32,000 nucleotides of DNA from Promethearchaeota archaeon (GCA_016933055.1 JAFGBS010000008.1:167199-199198), one strand, 5' to 3'. Shown: positions 1 through 9,185, counted from the first letter of the stretch. Notes: a model not told the origin generated them from the letters alone. Made by a program: numbers and translations.

Positions 1-498
1 GAGTAAAATTGTCTTTTCTAAGAGGGATTTTTCCAGCCATCCTCCCGCAAATACGACATTTTTTCGTGTCCACACCAGCAAGAATTTAATATTAGGATTA
101 TTAATAAGGTCAATTTCAGGAGTAATCTTTAGAAGGTCATAAATTTTTTCATAAATAACATCCGATTTTTTATGGGCCTTGGATAGTTTTGTTTCCTCGA
201 CTAGAATCCTTCGGTCGTTTATAACGACTTGGATTTTTGTTCCACTTCGAGCTTTTTTTATCAAAATATCCGCAAACTTTGGTCCCATTTTCGGTGTGAC
301 TACTTTTAGTTCGTCACGGGCGGACTCAATAACTTCAGTAATTTTTGAATATAGATTAATCTGGGATTCGGATGCTCCCGAAGAAAAAATATAAACACTT
401 CCAGCAATCCGCGTTAAAGTGTCTTCTAATTCATCGAGTTTCTTTTTTAATTTAATATTTTCACCCTTTAACATACTAGCAAGACTTTGCTTTTCCAT
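1..498 (-). CDS. PLD-like (phospholipase D fold) domain protein with N-terminal coiled coil, no HKD motif; partial, runs off the left edge
   Basis: Not in the ORF track; translated by hand from ATG at 498 (GAAGGAG 5 nt upstream), open to position 1: MEKQSLASMLKGENIKLKKKLDELEDTL...ITEVIESARDELKVVTPKMGPKFADILIKKARSGTKIQVVIND...NIKFLLVWTRKNVVFAGG. Pattern fits a PLD-like domain, with NIKF where HxK is expected. Confidence 0.75.
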   Translation of the reverse strand, partial: MEKQSLASMLKGENIKLKKKLDELEDTLTRIAGSVYIFSSGASESQINLYSKITEVIESARDELKVVTPKMGPKFADILIKKARSGTKIQVVINDRRILVEETKLSKAHKKSDVIYEKIYDLLKITPEIDLINNPNIKFLLVWTRKNVVFAGGWLEKSLLEKTILL

Positions 499-503
499 TT
501 ATT

Positions 504-510
504 CTCCTTC
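504..510 (-). promoter_or_regulatory. Shine-Dalgarno sequence (GAAGGAG)
   Basis: Lies 5 nt upstream of the ATG at 498 on the minus strand. Confidence 0.6.
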
Positions 511-515
511 CTTAT

Positions 516-1187
516 TTATTTAACATAAATAGCGATAAGTTGATTAAGTAGATTCTTCAATTTGAATTCTTTGATCTGCAATGCAAGCAAATCTAAGGTC
601 TTCTTCAACATACGTGCAGTTTCAGTGTGATTGGTATCTGCATATTTTTCTACGTATTCCCTTTTAATTTGGAAGCGATCTAATCCAACCTTAATTTGCT
701 CGTGAAAAGTTTCTATGTTATTAACAAGCTGTTCTGTATTATCTGAACTCACAATTTGAAGTTTCCGTAATACAGCGAGTACTGAATTAGTACTTTCCTC
801 CCAAGTATCATATCTCTGTGCGTAAGAATCAGTTAATTCAGTAATGAACACGCCAATATCTCCAAAAAGAGTTCCAGTACTGCTATATTCTTTACGTGGT
901 GCTTGAGATATCAATTTATTTTTTTCTGGTATTAGTTTTGTTATAATTGAGGGAGTTACATCTCCATCTAAAAAAGAAGGAGAATCCACTATATTCTTGT
1001 CTTGAACATCAGTGGTCCATTCAGGTATTGATGATTTTAACTTAGGAATTGAATCTTTTGTCTCTAATGCCTTAATCAAATTTTGCATTTCTGTTTTCGG
1101 TTGGGTTGAGATTTTCTCTGGAATTATTTCTTCTTCATAATCTTCTTGTTTAGCTGACTTGCGTTTTTTTGGCATTATCGATCGCAC
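516..1187 (-). CDS. Hypothetical protein: disordered N-half, helical/coiled-coil C-half
   Basis: 223-aa ORF co-oriented and tightly packed with its neighbours; likely start is ATG at 1175 (MPKKRK). No family recognised. Confidence 0.8.
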   Translation of the reverse strand: MRSIMPKKRKSAKQEDYEEEIIPEKISTQPKTEMQNLIKALETKDSIPKLKSSIPEWTTDVQDKNIVDSPSFLDGDVTPSIITKLIPEKNKLISQAPRKEYSSTGTLFGDIGVFITELTDSYAQRYDTWEESTNSVLAVLRKLQIVSSDNTEQLVNNIETFHEQIKVGLDRFQIKREYVEKYADTNHTETARMLKKTLDLLALQIKEFKLKNLLNQLIAIYVK

Positions 1188-1235
1188 CCGTTATTAAGAT
1201 ATACTATGACCCCTTTCCTAAATCTAAAACGCTAT

Positions 1236-1667
1236 CTAATCTTCTTCAGAAATCATAAGGGATTTACCTTCAATAATGAAGACATCTTTTGCCTCTCCCT
1301 TATCGAGTAAAATATTCTTTAATTCTTCTAAAGAAATGTCTGTAGGGCTGGGAGCTATAATATTTGTCTCTGCTAGGTATCCTTTTTTCACGATAATAGA
1401 TTCTAAATATACAAGAGATAATCCCAATTCCCCAAAAACATTCGTTAATCTGGCAAGGCTTCCTGGGGTGTCCGGCATATTAATCTTGATTTTGATATAT
1501 ACCCGATCCTCAGCTAACTGCAGGGGAATAATTCGGATCTCTTTCACTTCCGAATCCGAGATGGCTAAAAGTTGAGTATTTTCCGTCAAACCAAGCGATT
1601 TTCGCATAATTCTTGGGATTACAATACGTCCGCGCTTATCTAACTTTAGAATTTCTGTTTCCTTCAT
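1236..1667 (-). CDS. AbrB/MazE/SpoVT-family DNA-binding domain fused to an ACT domain
   Basis: N-terminal KLDKRGRIVIPRIMRKSLGL (AbrB signature) followed by INMPDTPGSLARLTNVFGELGLSL (ACT signature). Confidence 0.88.
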   Translation of the reverse strand: MKETEILKLDKRGRIVIPRIMRKSLGLTENTQLLAISDSEVKEIRIIPLQLAEDRVYIKIKINMPDTPGSLARLTNVFGELGLSLVYLESIIVKKGYLAETNIIAPSPTDISLEELKNILLDKGEAKDVFIIEGKSLMISEED

Positions 1668-1680
1668 TTTCCTTCATTTT
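1658..1680. repeat. 10-bp tandem repeat (CCTTCATTTT)x2 spanning the AbrB-ACT start codon
   Basis: Read directly; on the minus strand AAAATGAAGG twice, giving two ATGs 10 nt apart. Confidence 0.8.
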
Positions 1681-1978
1681 TTTCCGAATTGCAATAATGG
1701 TGAGTATTTTCTGTTTATCCTAAAGACTTTCTCATGATACACAGAATCACTAAATGATTGTGCTGGCTGAGGTTCTAATTTTCCGCTCTTTTATAAAAAA
1801 ACATTACTTCATTTGTAAATATAAACCTTCCCACAATATCACAATTTTATTCCAATTATATCGATGAGTTAATAGTTGGACATTATTTTTTCCCACATCA
1901 AGTAAATATATTTTAAATCAATTATATATCATCATAAATATAGCACTAAAAGAAATTATATACCATAGTTGACCGAAA

Positions 1979-2545
1979 ATGAGTGAAGATCAAAACGCTG
2001 ACATTCGAAAACTCATGATGTTGATTAGCGATTTACGTGCTAAGGATAATGAACGATACGAAGAGCATGTAAAGTTTATGAATGAGGTGGTAACTTTTAT
2101 CAAAAAGATTGCTGACCAATTTAATGAAAATTGGAAGAAGATCCAAGCCTCGATGAATAAACTTAACAAGTCCATAGAGGATTCGCTTGATACTCTCCTT
2201 ACAGGAATTAATCCCGAGGGTATTCGCGAAACAAGTGCCAGTCTCAAAGAAATAATGGATACGATGGGAAAATCCATGCAAGGAATGAATCTAGAGAATG
2301 TAATGCGGGAATTGCGCACGATCACGGGTCATGGAACTATTCCACAAGTTGGCTATGGGACACCCAGTGTCACAACTGAAAATATTGGAACTGAATTCGG
2401 AAAACCTTATAGAAGCTCAGAGGAAAAGGAAGAAGAACCTGAAATCTACGGATTTGTTCCAGATCACATGAAAAAGGATAAAAAGAAAGATAAAAAAGAC
2501 CCTCACCTGATCAAACCTTCAGATCTATTTGGAAAAACTGATTGA
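1979..2545 (+). CDS. Hypothetical coiled-coil protein with acidic/basic low-complexity tail
   Basis: 188-aa ORF; amphipathic helices over about aa 5-115, then EEKEEEPE, KKDKKKDKKD and terminal LIKPSDLFGKTD. Confidence 0.82.
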   Translation: MSEDQNADIRKLMMLISDLRAKDNERYEEHVKFMNEVVTFIKKIADQFNENWKKIQASMNKLNKSIEDSLDTLLTGINPEGIRETSASLKEIMDTMGKSMQGMNLENVMRELRTITGHGTIPQVGYGTPSVTTENIGTEFGKPYRSSEEKEEEPEIYGFVPDHMKKDKKKDKKDPHLIKPSDLFGKTD

Positions 2546-3345
2546 ACTGAATGAAAACTGGTTTTTCTATACAGGATTTTCTCTATCGTCTTTAAATTAT
2601 CCTCTGAATCTATATCAAGAAAATTGTGCAAATGCTCGTCATATTTACGCAATTCTTCCTCAATAGGAATTGGAACTAAATTAATTTCATACCTTTTTCC
2701 ATTATTATCACTAATAATGGGATTGGATCGAATCTCCTCAAATGTTTTTTGGAATGAGTAATGTTTTTTGAATATCTTTTGTTCCAAAATGGGTAATATA
2801 CTTTTTATATGATAAATAGAGAAAAATGGCTCGAATTTTCCTGAACTCCACTGAGGAATGTATGTATTGTAGGATTTGGATTTCAACTTTCGATGTTGAA
2901 AACAAATATCGTTTTTGAAATGTTCATTGAAAATATGACTTAATACTGTCACTGAGATTAAAGGAGTATCACATGGAAAAACAAAAATATTACTAAATTC
3001 ACTTTTTAACTCACTCATTGCAGTATATAAACCGAATATACTACCTCTTGGAGGTTGGGGGATGTCTGAATACAATTTATTCCAAACAACCTCATCTATG
3101 ATGATCTGGTCCTCAGTTAATGAGGGTACGGCGTCCAAATATTCTTCTTGTTGGATATAGTTATTTAATACGATTTTCATAGGTATTCTGGTCTTCAAAT
3201 TAAGAGTGAGTAAGAATTCGTTAATAGAATCTATCACAAATTGAATCAGAGGCTTATTTCCTTTACCTAAACGAATCAAACCCTTGTCACGAGTCATACG
3301 CGAGGATAAACCACCAGAAAGCAGAACGAAACAAATGCTTTGCAT
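2503..3345 (-). CDS. mobA: Molybdenum cofactor guanylyltransferase (MobA-like NTP transferase)
   Basis: LLSGGLSSRMTRDKGL N-terminal motif, VFPCDTPLI, FEPFFSIY and FLDIDSEDNL match MobA. Its 3' end overlaps the convergent ORF by 43 nt. Confidence 0.88.
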   Translation of the reverse strand: MQSICFVLLSGGLSSRMTRDKGLIRLGKGNKPLIQFVIDSINEFLLTLNLKTRIPMKIVLNNYIQQEEYLDAVPSLTEDQIIIDEVVWNKLYSDIPQPPRGSIFGLYTAMSELKSEFSNIFVFPCDTPLISVTVLSHIFNEHFKNDICFQHRKLKSKSYNTYIPQWSSGKFEPFFSIYHIKSILPILEQKIFKKHYSFQKTFEEIRSNPIISDNNGKRYEINLVPIPIEEELRKYDEHLHNFLDIDSEDNLKTIEKILYRKTSFHSVQSVFPNRSEGLIR

Positions 3346-3533
3346 TATGTTATCTCAATATAGGTAGGGTCTTAATATTCATAAATTTATAGTATTCGTA
3401 ATTATTAATTTTTTTAATACGGAATCCTTTTGAAGTAGAAAGCTAAACCACTTAAGAATGCTGTGGATAAATTATATTGTCTTTCTCTATTAGAATCTAT
3501 AAGATGGATTAGCAAACGAAAGGATAATTCATA

Positions 3534-5864
3534 ATGACCCTCAATCTCTCTCCGGATATGACGTCTGAGGATTTATTTAGTATATTGGATAATATTCGAG
3601 ATGCTTTGCTAATCATCGTCAATCAACATGTATTTTGGGTTAATCATACTTTTGAAATCAATTTTGATTATCCGAAATCAGATGTCATCGGAAAACCAAT
3701 CGATGAAAATTTGTTGGGAAAAAACTTTTCGACAAAATTAGAATTTTTCATCAGAAACAGTGACTCCATATCCAAAACCTACCTTCACGACATAATTTTA
3801 ACAGCTAAGCCCTCTAAAAAGCCCACATTCACTGCACATTATCAAATCGAATTAAAAACATTTCTGTTTCAAGGACGAAGAGCTATAATGGCTTCCTTCC
3901 GTAGAACTATTCCTCGTAGCCAACAACTTATTGATATTGATGACTTATTAAGTTTTGATATTCTGGGTATCGCAATTGTCCGTGATGGGAAAATGTTGTA
4001 TACCAATCGTCGCTATGCTGAAATGAAGGGATATTCACGTGAAGAAGTTCTTAATTGGGAACCCTATGAATATCTAAAAACTGTTCATCCCGATGATCAA
4101 GAATACGTAAAATCTCAATCTATACTCAAAGAACGAGGGGAACCTGGATATAATCCCCATTATCAGTTTCGGGGGATAAAAAAAGACCAGACAGAAGTTT
4201 ATTTTGAGGTATATTCTCAAACTATTACTTTTGAAGATTCTTATGCAAATCTTGTCATTTTAATTGATATAACTGAAACTAAGCAAGCTGAAAGTGCATT
4301 TCGTGAAAGTGAAGAACGCTTTAAAATGCTGGTTGATCAAATGGAAGAGGGATTTGCAATAGGGGATGAAAATGATAATTTTACTTACGTAAACAATCGA
4401 TTTTGTGAGATCATCGGTTATAGCACAAATGAATTGGTAGGACGTAATATTAGGGATATTGTGAATCCAAGATATCATTATATTTTAGATGAGCAAATGG
4501 AGCAAAGAAAACAAGGAACTTCGGATCCATATGAACTTATCTTATGCCATAAATCCGGGTGTGATGTACCTACACTAATAGGACCGGCGGGATTATTCGA
4601 TGAAGAAACTGGAGAATATATGGGGTGTTTTGCGGTTTTTACTGATATCACCGAATTAAAAAACATGGAATCCGAAAGGTTACGTTTACAACACGAAATT
4701 CTGAATGCACGGAGAATTGAGAGTCTGGGAATTCTTGCGGGTGGTATTGCACATGATTTTAATAATATACTGACTTCAATCCTTGGAAATCTTTCCCTTG
4801 CTAAAATCACCTTAGAAAGTGAACCCCATTCTGATTTGAAAGAAATCATCATTGAAGCGGAGAACGCTACTGTCCAAGCCAAAGCATTAACTCAACAATT
4901 ACTCACATTCTCCAAAGGGGGGGCTCCCATACGCAAAACCACAAATTCCATTTCTGAATTAATAAAAACAACCACGAATTTCGTTTTGCGAGGAAAATCA
5001 TATACTGCAAAATATGACATAGCTGAAGATCTCTATCCTTGCGACATTGATGAAGCACAAATGAGTCAGGTTATCAATAATTTAATAGTCAACGCGTATC
5101 AAGCAATGCCTAAAGGGGGCTCCATTTTTATTCGCGGAGAAAACACTGAAATATCTGAAAATGTTCCTATTCCCATAACACCAGGTAAATACATTCGCAT
5201 AGAAGTTCGAGATGAAGGAGTAGGAATTCCCCCTGAAAACCTTCCTAAAATATTTGATCCTTACTTCACCACCAAGCAGAAAGATACTTCAGACGGAGAT
5301 ATTTCTCCTCCACGAGGATTGGGATTAACGAGTGCTTTTCATATTATACAAAATCACGGAGGAATTATCACTGCAGAATCTGAATTGGGTGTCGGTTCAC
5401 TATTTGTCATCTATCTTCCCGCTTCTTTAGACAAAATCCAAATTTCAGAAAAAATTACGACCACCGGAATTCAGAATGGAAAGGGAAATATCCTTCTTTT
5501 AGATGATGAGCCGACTGTACGTAAAATCGGTAAGAAGATGCTAGAAAAGTTGGGGTACGATGTAGTTGTTGCTTCTAATGGGGACGAAGCTATAGAAATC
5601 TATAAAAATCACCTGCATTCCAAATCCACATTTGATTTATTGATAATGGATCTTACAATTCCCGGGGGATTAGGTGGTCTCGAAGCATTTAAAGAAATTC
5701 TTAAACTAAATCCCCAAGTTAAAGCGGTCGTGTCTTCCGGATATAGCAATGACACAGTTTTAGCCCATTTTTCAGATTACGGTTTTGCAGGAGTTCTAAT
5801 AAAACCATACACAATCGAAGGTTTAAGTAAAACTCTTACTTCTATTTTACAACAAAAATCATAG
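3534..5864 (+). CDS. Hybrid sensor histidine kinase: three PAS domains, HisKA/HATPase, C-terminal receiver (CckA-like architecture)
   Basis: H-box LAGGIAHDFNNIL, N-box QVINNLIVNAYQA, G1 DEGVGIP, F-box IFDPYFTTK, G2 RGLGL; receiver LLDDEP...IMDLTIP...KP; PAS signature TVHPDDQ. No TM segment seen. Confidence 0.95.
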   Translation: MTLNLSPDMTSEDLFSILDNIRDALLIIVNQHVFWVNHTFEINFDYPKSDVIGKPIDENLLGKNFSTKLEFFIRNSDSISKTYLHDIILTAKPSKKPTFTAHYQIELKTFLFQGRRAIMASFRRTIPRSQQLIDIDDLLSFDILGIAIVRDGKMLYTNRRYAEMKGYSREEVLNWEPYEYLKTVHPDDQEYVKSQSILKERGEPGYNPHYQFRGIKKDQTEVYFEVYSQTITFEDSYANLVILIDITETKQAESAFRESEERFKMLVDQMEEGFAIGDENDNFTYVNNRFCEIIGYSTNELVGRNIRDIVNPRYHYILDEQMEQRKQGTSDPYELILCHKSGCDVPTLIGPAGLFDEETGEYMGCFAVFTDITELKNMESERLRLQHEILNARRIESLGILAGGIAHDFNNILTSILGNLSLAKITLESEPHSDLKEIIIEAENATVQAKALTQQLLTFSKGGAPIRKTTNSISELIKTTTNFVLRGKSYTAKYDIAEDLYPCDIDEAQMSQVINNLIVNAYQAMPKGGSIFIRGENTEISENVPIPITPGKYIRIEVRDEGVGIPPENLPKIFDPYFTTKQKDTSDGDISPPRGLGLTSAFHIIQNHGGIITAESELGVGSLFVIYLPASLDKIQISEKITTTGIQNGKGNILLLDDEPTVRKIGKKMLEKLGYDVVVASNGDEAIEIYKNHLHSKSTFDLLIMDLTIPGGLGGLEAFKEILKLNPQVKAVVSSGYSNDTVLAHFSDYGFAGVLIKPYTIEGLSKTLTSILQQKS

Positions 5865-5875
5865 AGCCCAGAAAT

Positions 5876-6334
5876 ATGAAAGATGCAATCAAACATATTC
5901 CAAAAGAGAAATTAAGAGATCTTCCTGGTTGGAAGAACGCACCAATACCGATTTGTATGGGTGGAGATTATAGAGCTCTGACTTGGTGCTGCAAACCTGG
6001 TTCAACTCTGACATTTGGATATAAATGTCTTCGAGATATAAAACTGCAAGAAATCGGGATGACTCCCGATGACTTTATAAGAGTAAAAGAAGAATTCTCA
6101 AAAAAATATCAGTGGGATTCGAATTATCCTTGTTTTGGATCATTTTCATATTGTTGTATGAGACGTGGAGGATGTGATCTTCGCGATCCGGGATTGAAAA
6201 AAAGATATCCTAATCTAGAATTTGCTGATATTCAAAAAGAATACTATATTCGTAAGAAAGAACTAGCAGAGATTATATTAAAATGTGCAAAAAATAATGA
6301 GATTGTATCGGGATTTTTAGAAATCGGGAGTTAG
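5876..6334 (+). CDS. Cys-rich methanogenesis marker 9 domain protein (COG4008-like, probable metal-binding)
   Basis: WKNAPIPICMGGDYRALTWCCKP...KC and PCFGSFSYCCMRRGGC give eight Cys in two [WFY]CC-x-C units, the pattern of this family. Confidence 0.8.
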   Translation: MKDAIKHIPKEKLRDLPGWKNAPIPICMGGDYRALTWCCKPGSTLTFGYKCLRDIKLQEIGMTPDDFIRVKEEFSKKYQWDSNYPCFGSFSYCCMRRGGCDLRDPGLKKRYPNLEFADIQKEYYIRKKELAEIILKCAKNNEIVSGFLEIGS

Positions 6335-6339
6335 ATGGG

Positions 6340-7545
6340 GTGACTACCTATACGATAGTATCTATTACTCACTCAGACGATTTTGATGGAATTGGATCTC
6401 AAGCAACTCTCTATAGATATTTTTCAATATTAGAAAAACCAATACCACCTCACTGGGGATTTGATCCCGATACTAAAGTAAGTCTATTCCTTTTTCAAGT
6501 AGACTATCAGGATTATTTGTTTTATTGGGCTGCAATCATTACTGGATTTAAACTAAAAGAATCGAATTCTTGCTTAAATTTTAAGGATGAGTGGATTGCA
6601 ACTTATTTACGACTTCATAACGTCCATTCTCTTGCTGAACTCAGTAAAAAGCACAATATAGTTCCCGCAGTTACCGAAAAAAAAATCCTAGATAATATTG
6701 AAATCTGGAAAACGGTTGACTTAGTAATTGTTACTGATATTGGGTATAATAAAATATTTACAACTCTCTTCGATCCTTTGGAAGAGTATCAAATACCTTT
6801 CGCATATTTTGATCATCATAGACACGATGAATCCAGCATTAATTTTTATTCGCGTAATTGCGTCCAACATATAATTGATACATACAGATGTACCACTCAA
6901 ATTACCCACACTTATTTTTTACCAAATGATCAAATTTCTCAATATATATCTGATCTTGGTTATGATACCGATAATAATTATAATATCCTTCCACATAGCA
7001 AGGAAATTATGGCTGTGATCAGCTATCATCGAAAAAATTATTCTTATCTATGTGATATTGTTCGAAACTATGCGAGTGGTGTAAATTTCGATATATCGAT
7101 GAAGAAAGAATATGAAAAAATAAAAAAATGGGAGGATAAAGAGTTTCAGATGATGTTACAATCCCTCAAATGCCTTTCAATCACTTATTCTGATGGAAAA
7201 ACTGTTAATATCATATTTGGGTGTTCTGAATTGCGTTCTGGGCGCTCTATGAATCTTTTAGAAGATGCGATTAACAATGGCGATTTATTGAATAAAATTA
7301 GATGTCGGTGTGAAGATAATAGAATTATACTGGTTACAGTCAATAGAACCACGCTAAACACGAATTTAAAATCTGAGGTTTTCAATGTACATGATATCGC
7401 TGAACATTTTGGAGGAGGAGGACATATTAATCGAGCAGGATTTCGGTTTCCTTCTCGATTTGTCTCTGAATTGACGAGATCACAAGTTAACCTTAAGGAT
7501 TTGAATCTAGAAGCATTTATCGAAGAAATCAAGCAGTTTTTGTGA
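6340..7545 (+). CDS. DHH/DHHA1-family phosphoesterase
   Basis: Motif I HSDDFDG, motif II VTDIG, motif III YFDHH, and DHHA1 signature FGGGGHINRAGF; GTG start. Confidence 0.88.
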   Translation: MTTYTIVSITHSDDFDGIGSQATLYRYFSILEKPIPPHWGFDPDTKVSLFLFQVDYQDYLFYWAAIITGFKLKESNSCLNFKDEWIATYLRLHNVHSLAELSKKHNIVPAVTEKKILDNIEIWKTVDLVIVTDIGYNKIFTTLFDPLEEYQIPFAYFDHHRHDESSINFYSRNCVQHIIDTYRCTTQITHTYFLPNDQISQYISDLGYDTDNNYNILPHSKEIMAVISYHRKNYSYLCDIVRNYASGVNFDISMKKEYEKIKKWEDKEFQMMLQSLKCLSITYSDGKTVNIIFGCSELRSGRSMNLLEDAINNGDLLNKIRCRCEDNRIILVTVNRTTLNTNLKSEVFNVHDIAEHFGGGGHINRAGFRFPSRFVSELTRSQVNLKDLNLEAFIEEIKQFL

Positions 7546-7792
7546 CACTTCGTGTAAAAGATTCCCATAAGATATCAAATCCGTTAAGACATAGTGTACT
7601 CATCGGAAAAATTTGAAAAAAAATCTATGTCTCGATAAATTTTAAGACCTAATTGGAATCGGGAAAATACTTTAACATCATGTTTAATTACTCAAAAGTC
7701 TTCAATCCTCCCCCCATTACATCCCAAGTCCCAATTGTAATGTTTTCCCTATTCAGTCGAATAATCTTATAAAAAACTATTTCAACACAAAG

Positions 7793-9181
7793 TCAGGATC
7801 GGATTTTCCTTAAAAGAGAGATGAAATAACCTGTGCTATAATCCCCCTTAGGGTTCACTCGAATAAGTTTTTTTGCATCTTTCTTAGTCAGCGTGAAATA
7901 CCGATCTAAATCTCTTTGATGAATAGAATCCGCAAATGGATTATTGTTTAGCAAAGGTTCATTCCGTGGTATACCTGATTGAAATTCATCTTTATATAAT
8001 TGCATTCTATTTTCTCCGATCACTTCAGATAATAATGAATAGGCATCAAGGATCTCAAAACCGAACTTTCGGTTCATGAGCGATACAATTCCCTCATTTT
8101 CCATTAAAGTGAGGGTACATGTAGTATATAATACAATTCCTCCTTGTTTCAGGTATGCAAAGATATATTTCACAAACCGGCGTTGTAGTAAAAAAAAATT
8201 CCGATAATCTTCTGCTGAGTGTTCAATACTTAGTTTTGGACGTGTACCTAACGCAGAACATGGCGGATCGAATACCAGTAAATCTGCTTTATTTAAGAGG
8301 TCTGGATGAGACTGTGATGCTTTCTCAAGTTGATAGGGTATGACACGAAAATTTTTGAGCCCCAATCGATCAATATCCTGATGTAATCCCTCTAATCGTT
8401 TTTTAGATCTGTCAATTGAAACAATTGTGGGGAATTGTTTATATTTTTGATAACCCATTTCAGAAAGGGCACATCCCATGTGACCTGGAGCACTACACAC
8501 ATCAAAAATCACGTTTTGGTCCTTGTAGAATTCCATTAATAATTTACACGCAAGAAAAGGTCCAAATGAGTGATCGGAAATAAAACCTTTAGAGAAGAAA
8601 TTTGAATCTCTATAAGAAGGAGTTCGATACTTGGACTTGGTGGTTTTTATACCAATTCCCTTCTTCTTATGTACAATTTCACTATGGCTCAACTGAGTTA
8701 TCCCATTTGCAACATGGGAATGATTAGGGCTGTAGATCGAAAATTCCTCACCTTTTTGGAATTTAGGAAGAGGTTTTAAGAATCCGGGTATGTACAAATT
8801 AGCTCCAATCATAATGGATTCGGCAGCATATTTATCAACTACAATTTCTCGTGATAGTTTTTGCAGGAAAAAAGGGCCATCTACTGGGATAAATATTAAA
8901 TTCGGTACGGAATCACTGGACTTAGCACGCAATTGATTGACAATTTTCTCGAGTACATTCTTATCTGGACTTTTATCAATTCGGACAGGATTGATGCGAA
9001 GTGAAAACCATTTTTGTGGCGTTTGTAATGCTGAAATTAAATTATGTACCTCTTTTTTGAAGTTCTTTCGTGAGTTTTGAAAATAACACACTTCTATAAG
9101 ACGTTGGATTGTGGAAACTGAAAATCCTGTTTTTTGGGCTGTTTTCGATATCCAATCTTTATCAAGGTTATTTGAACTCAT
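7793..9181 (-). CDS. RsmB/NOL1/NOP2/Sun-family RNA m5C methyltransferase with PUA domain (NSUN6-like architecture)
   Basis: PUA-like AAESIMIGANLYIPG...KGEEFSI...VANG; motif I DVCSAPG, motif IV DPPCSALG and motif VI YTTCTL...ENE, with both catalytic Cys present. Confidence 0.9.
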   Translation of the reverse strand: MSSNNLDKDWISKTAQKTGFSVSTIQRLIEVCYFQNSRKNFKKEVHNLISALQTPQKWFSLRINPVRIDKSPDKNVLEKIVNQLRAKSSDSVPNLIFIPVDGPFFLQKLSREIVVDKYAAESIMIGANLYIPGFLKPLPKFQKGEEFSIYSPNHSHVANGITQLSHSEIVHKKKGIGIKTTKSKYRTPSYRDSNFFSKGFISDHSFGPFLACKLLMEFYKDQNVIFDVCSAPGHMGCALSEMGYQKYKQFPTIVSIDRSKKRLEGLHQDIDRLGLKNFRVIPYQLEKASQSHPDLLNKADLLVFDPPCSALGTRPKLSIEHSAEDYRNFFLLQRRFVKYIFAYLKQGGIVLYTTCTLTLMENEGIVSLMNRKFGFEILDAYSLLSEVIGENRMQLYKDEFQSGIPRNEPLLNNNPFADSIHQRDLDRYFTLTKKDAKKLIRVNPKGDYSTGYFISLLRKIRS

Positions 9182-9185
9182 TTTT

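Noticed and set aside
1734-1770. Possible box C/D sRNA (ATGATAC...CTAA-ATGATTG...CTGA)
   Set aside because: C boxes are degenerate and the second guide would be only 6-7 nt, too short for a guide.
7715-7742. Inverted repeat CATTACA-N14-TGTAATG downstream of the methyltransferase
   Set aside because: A single 7-bp stem with no SECIS core (AUGA/GA or GAA/A) and no UGA-containing gene upstream; could be chance or a 3' stability hairpin.
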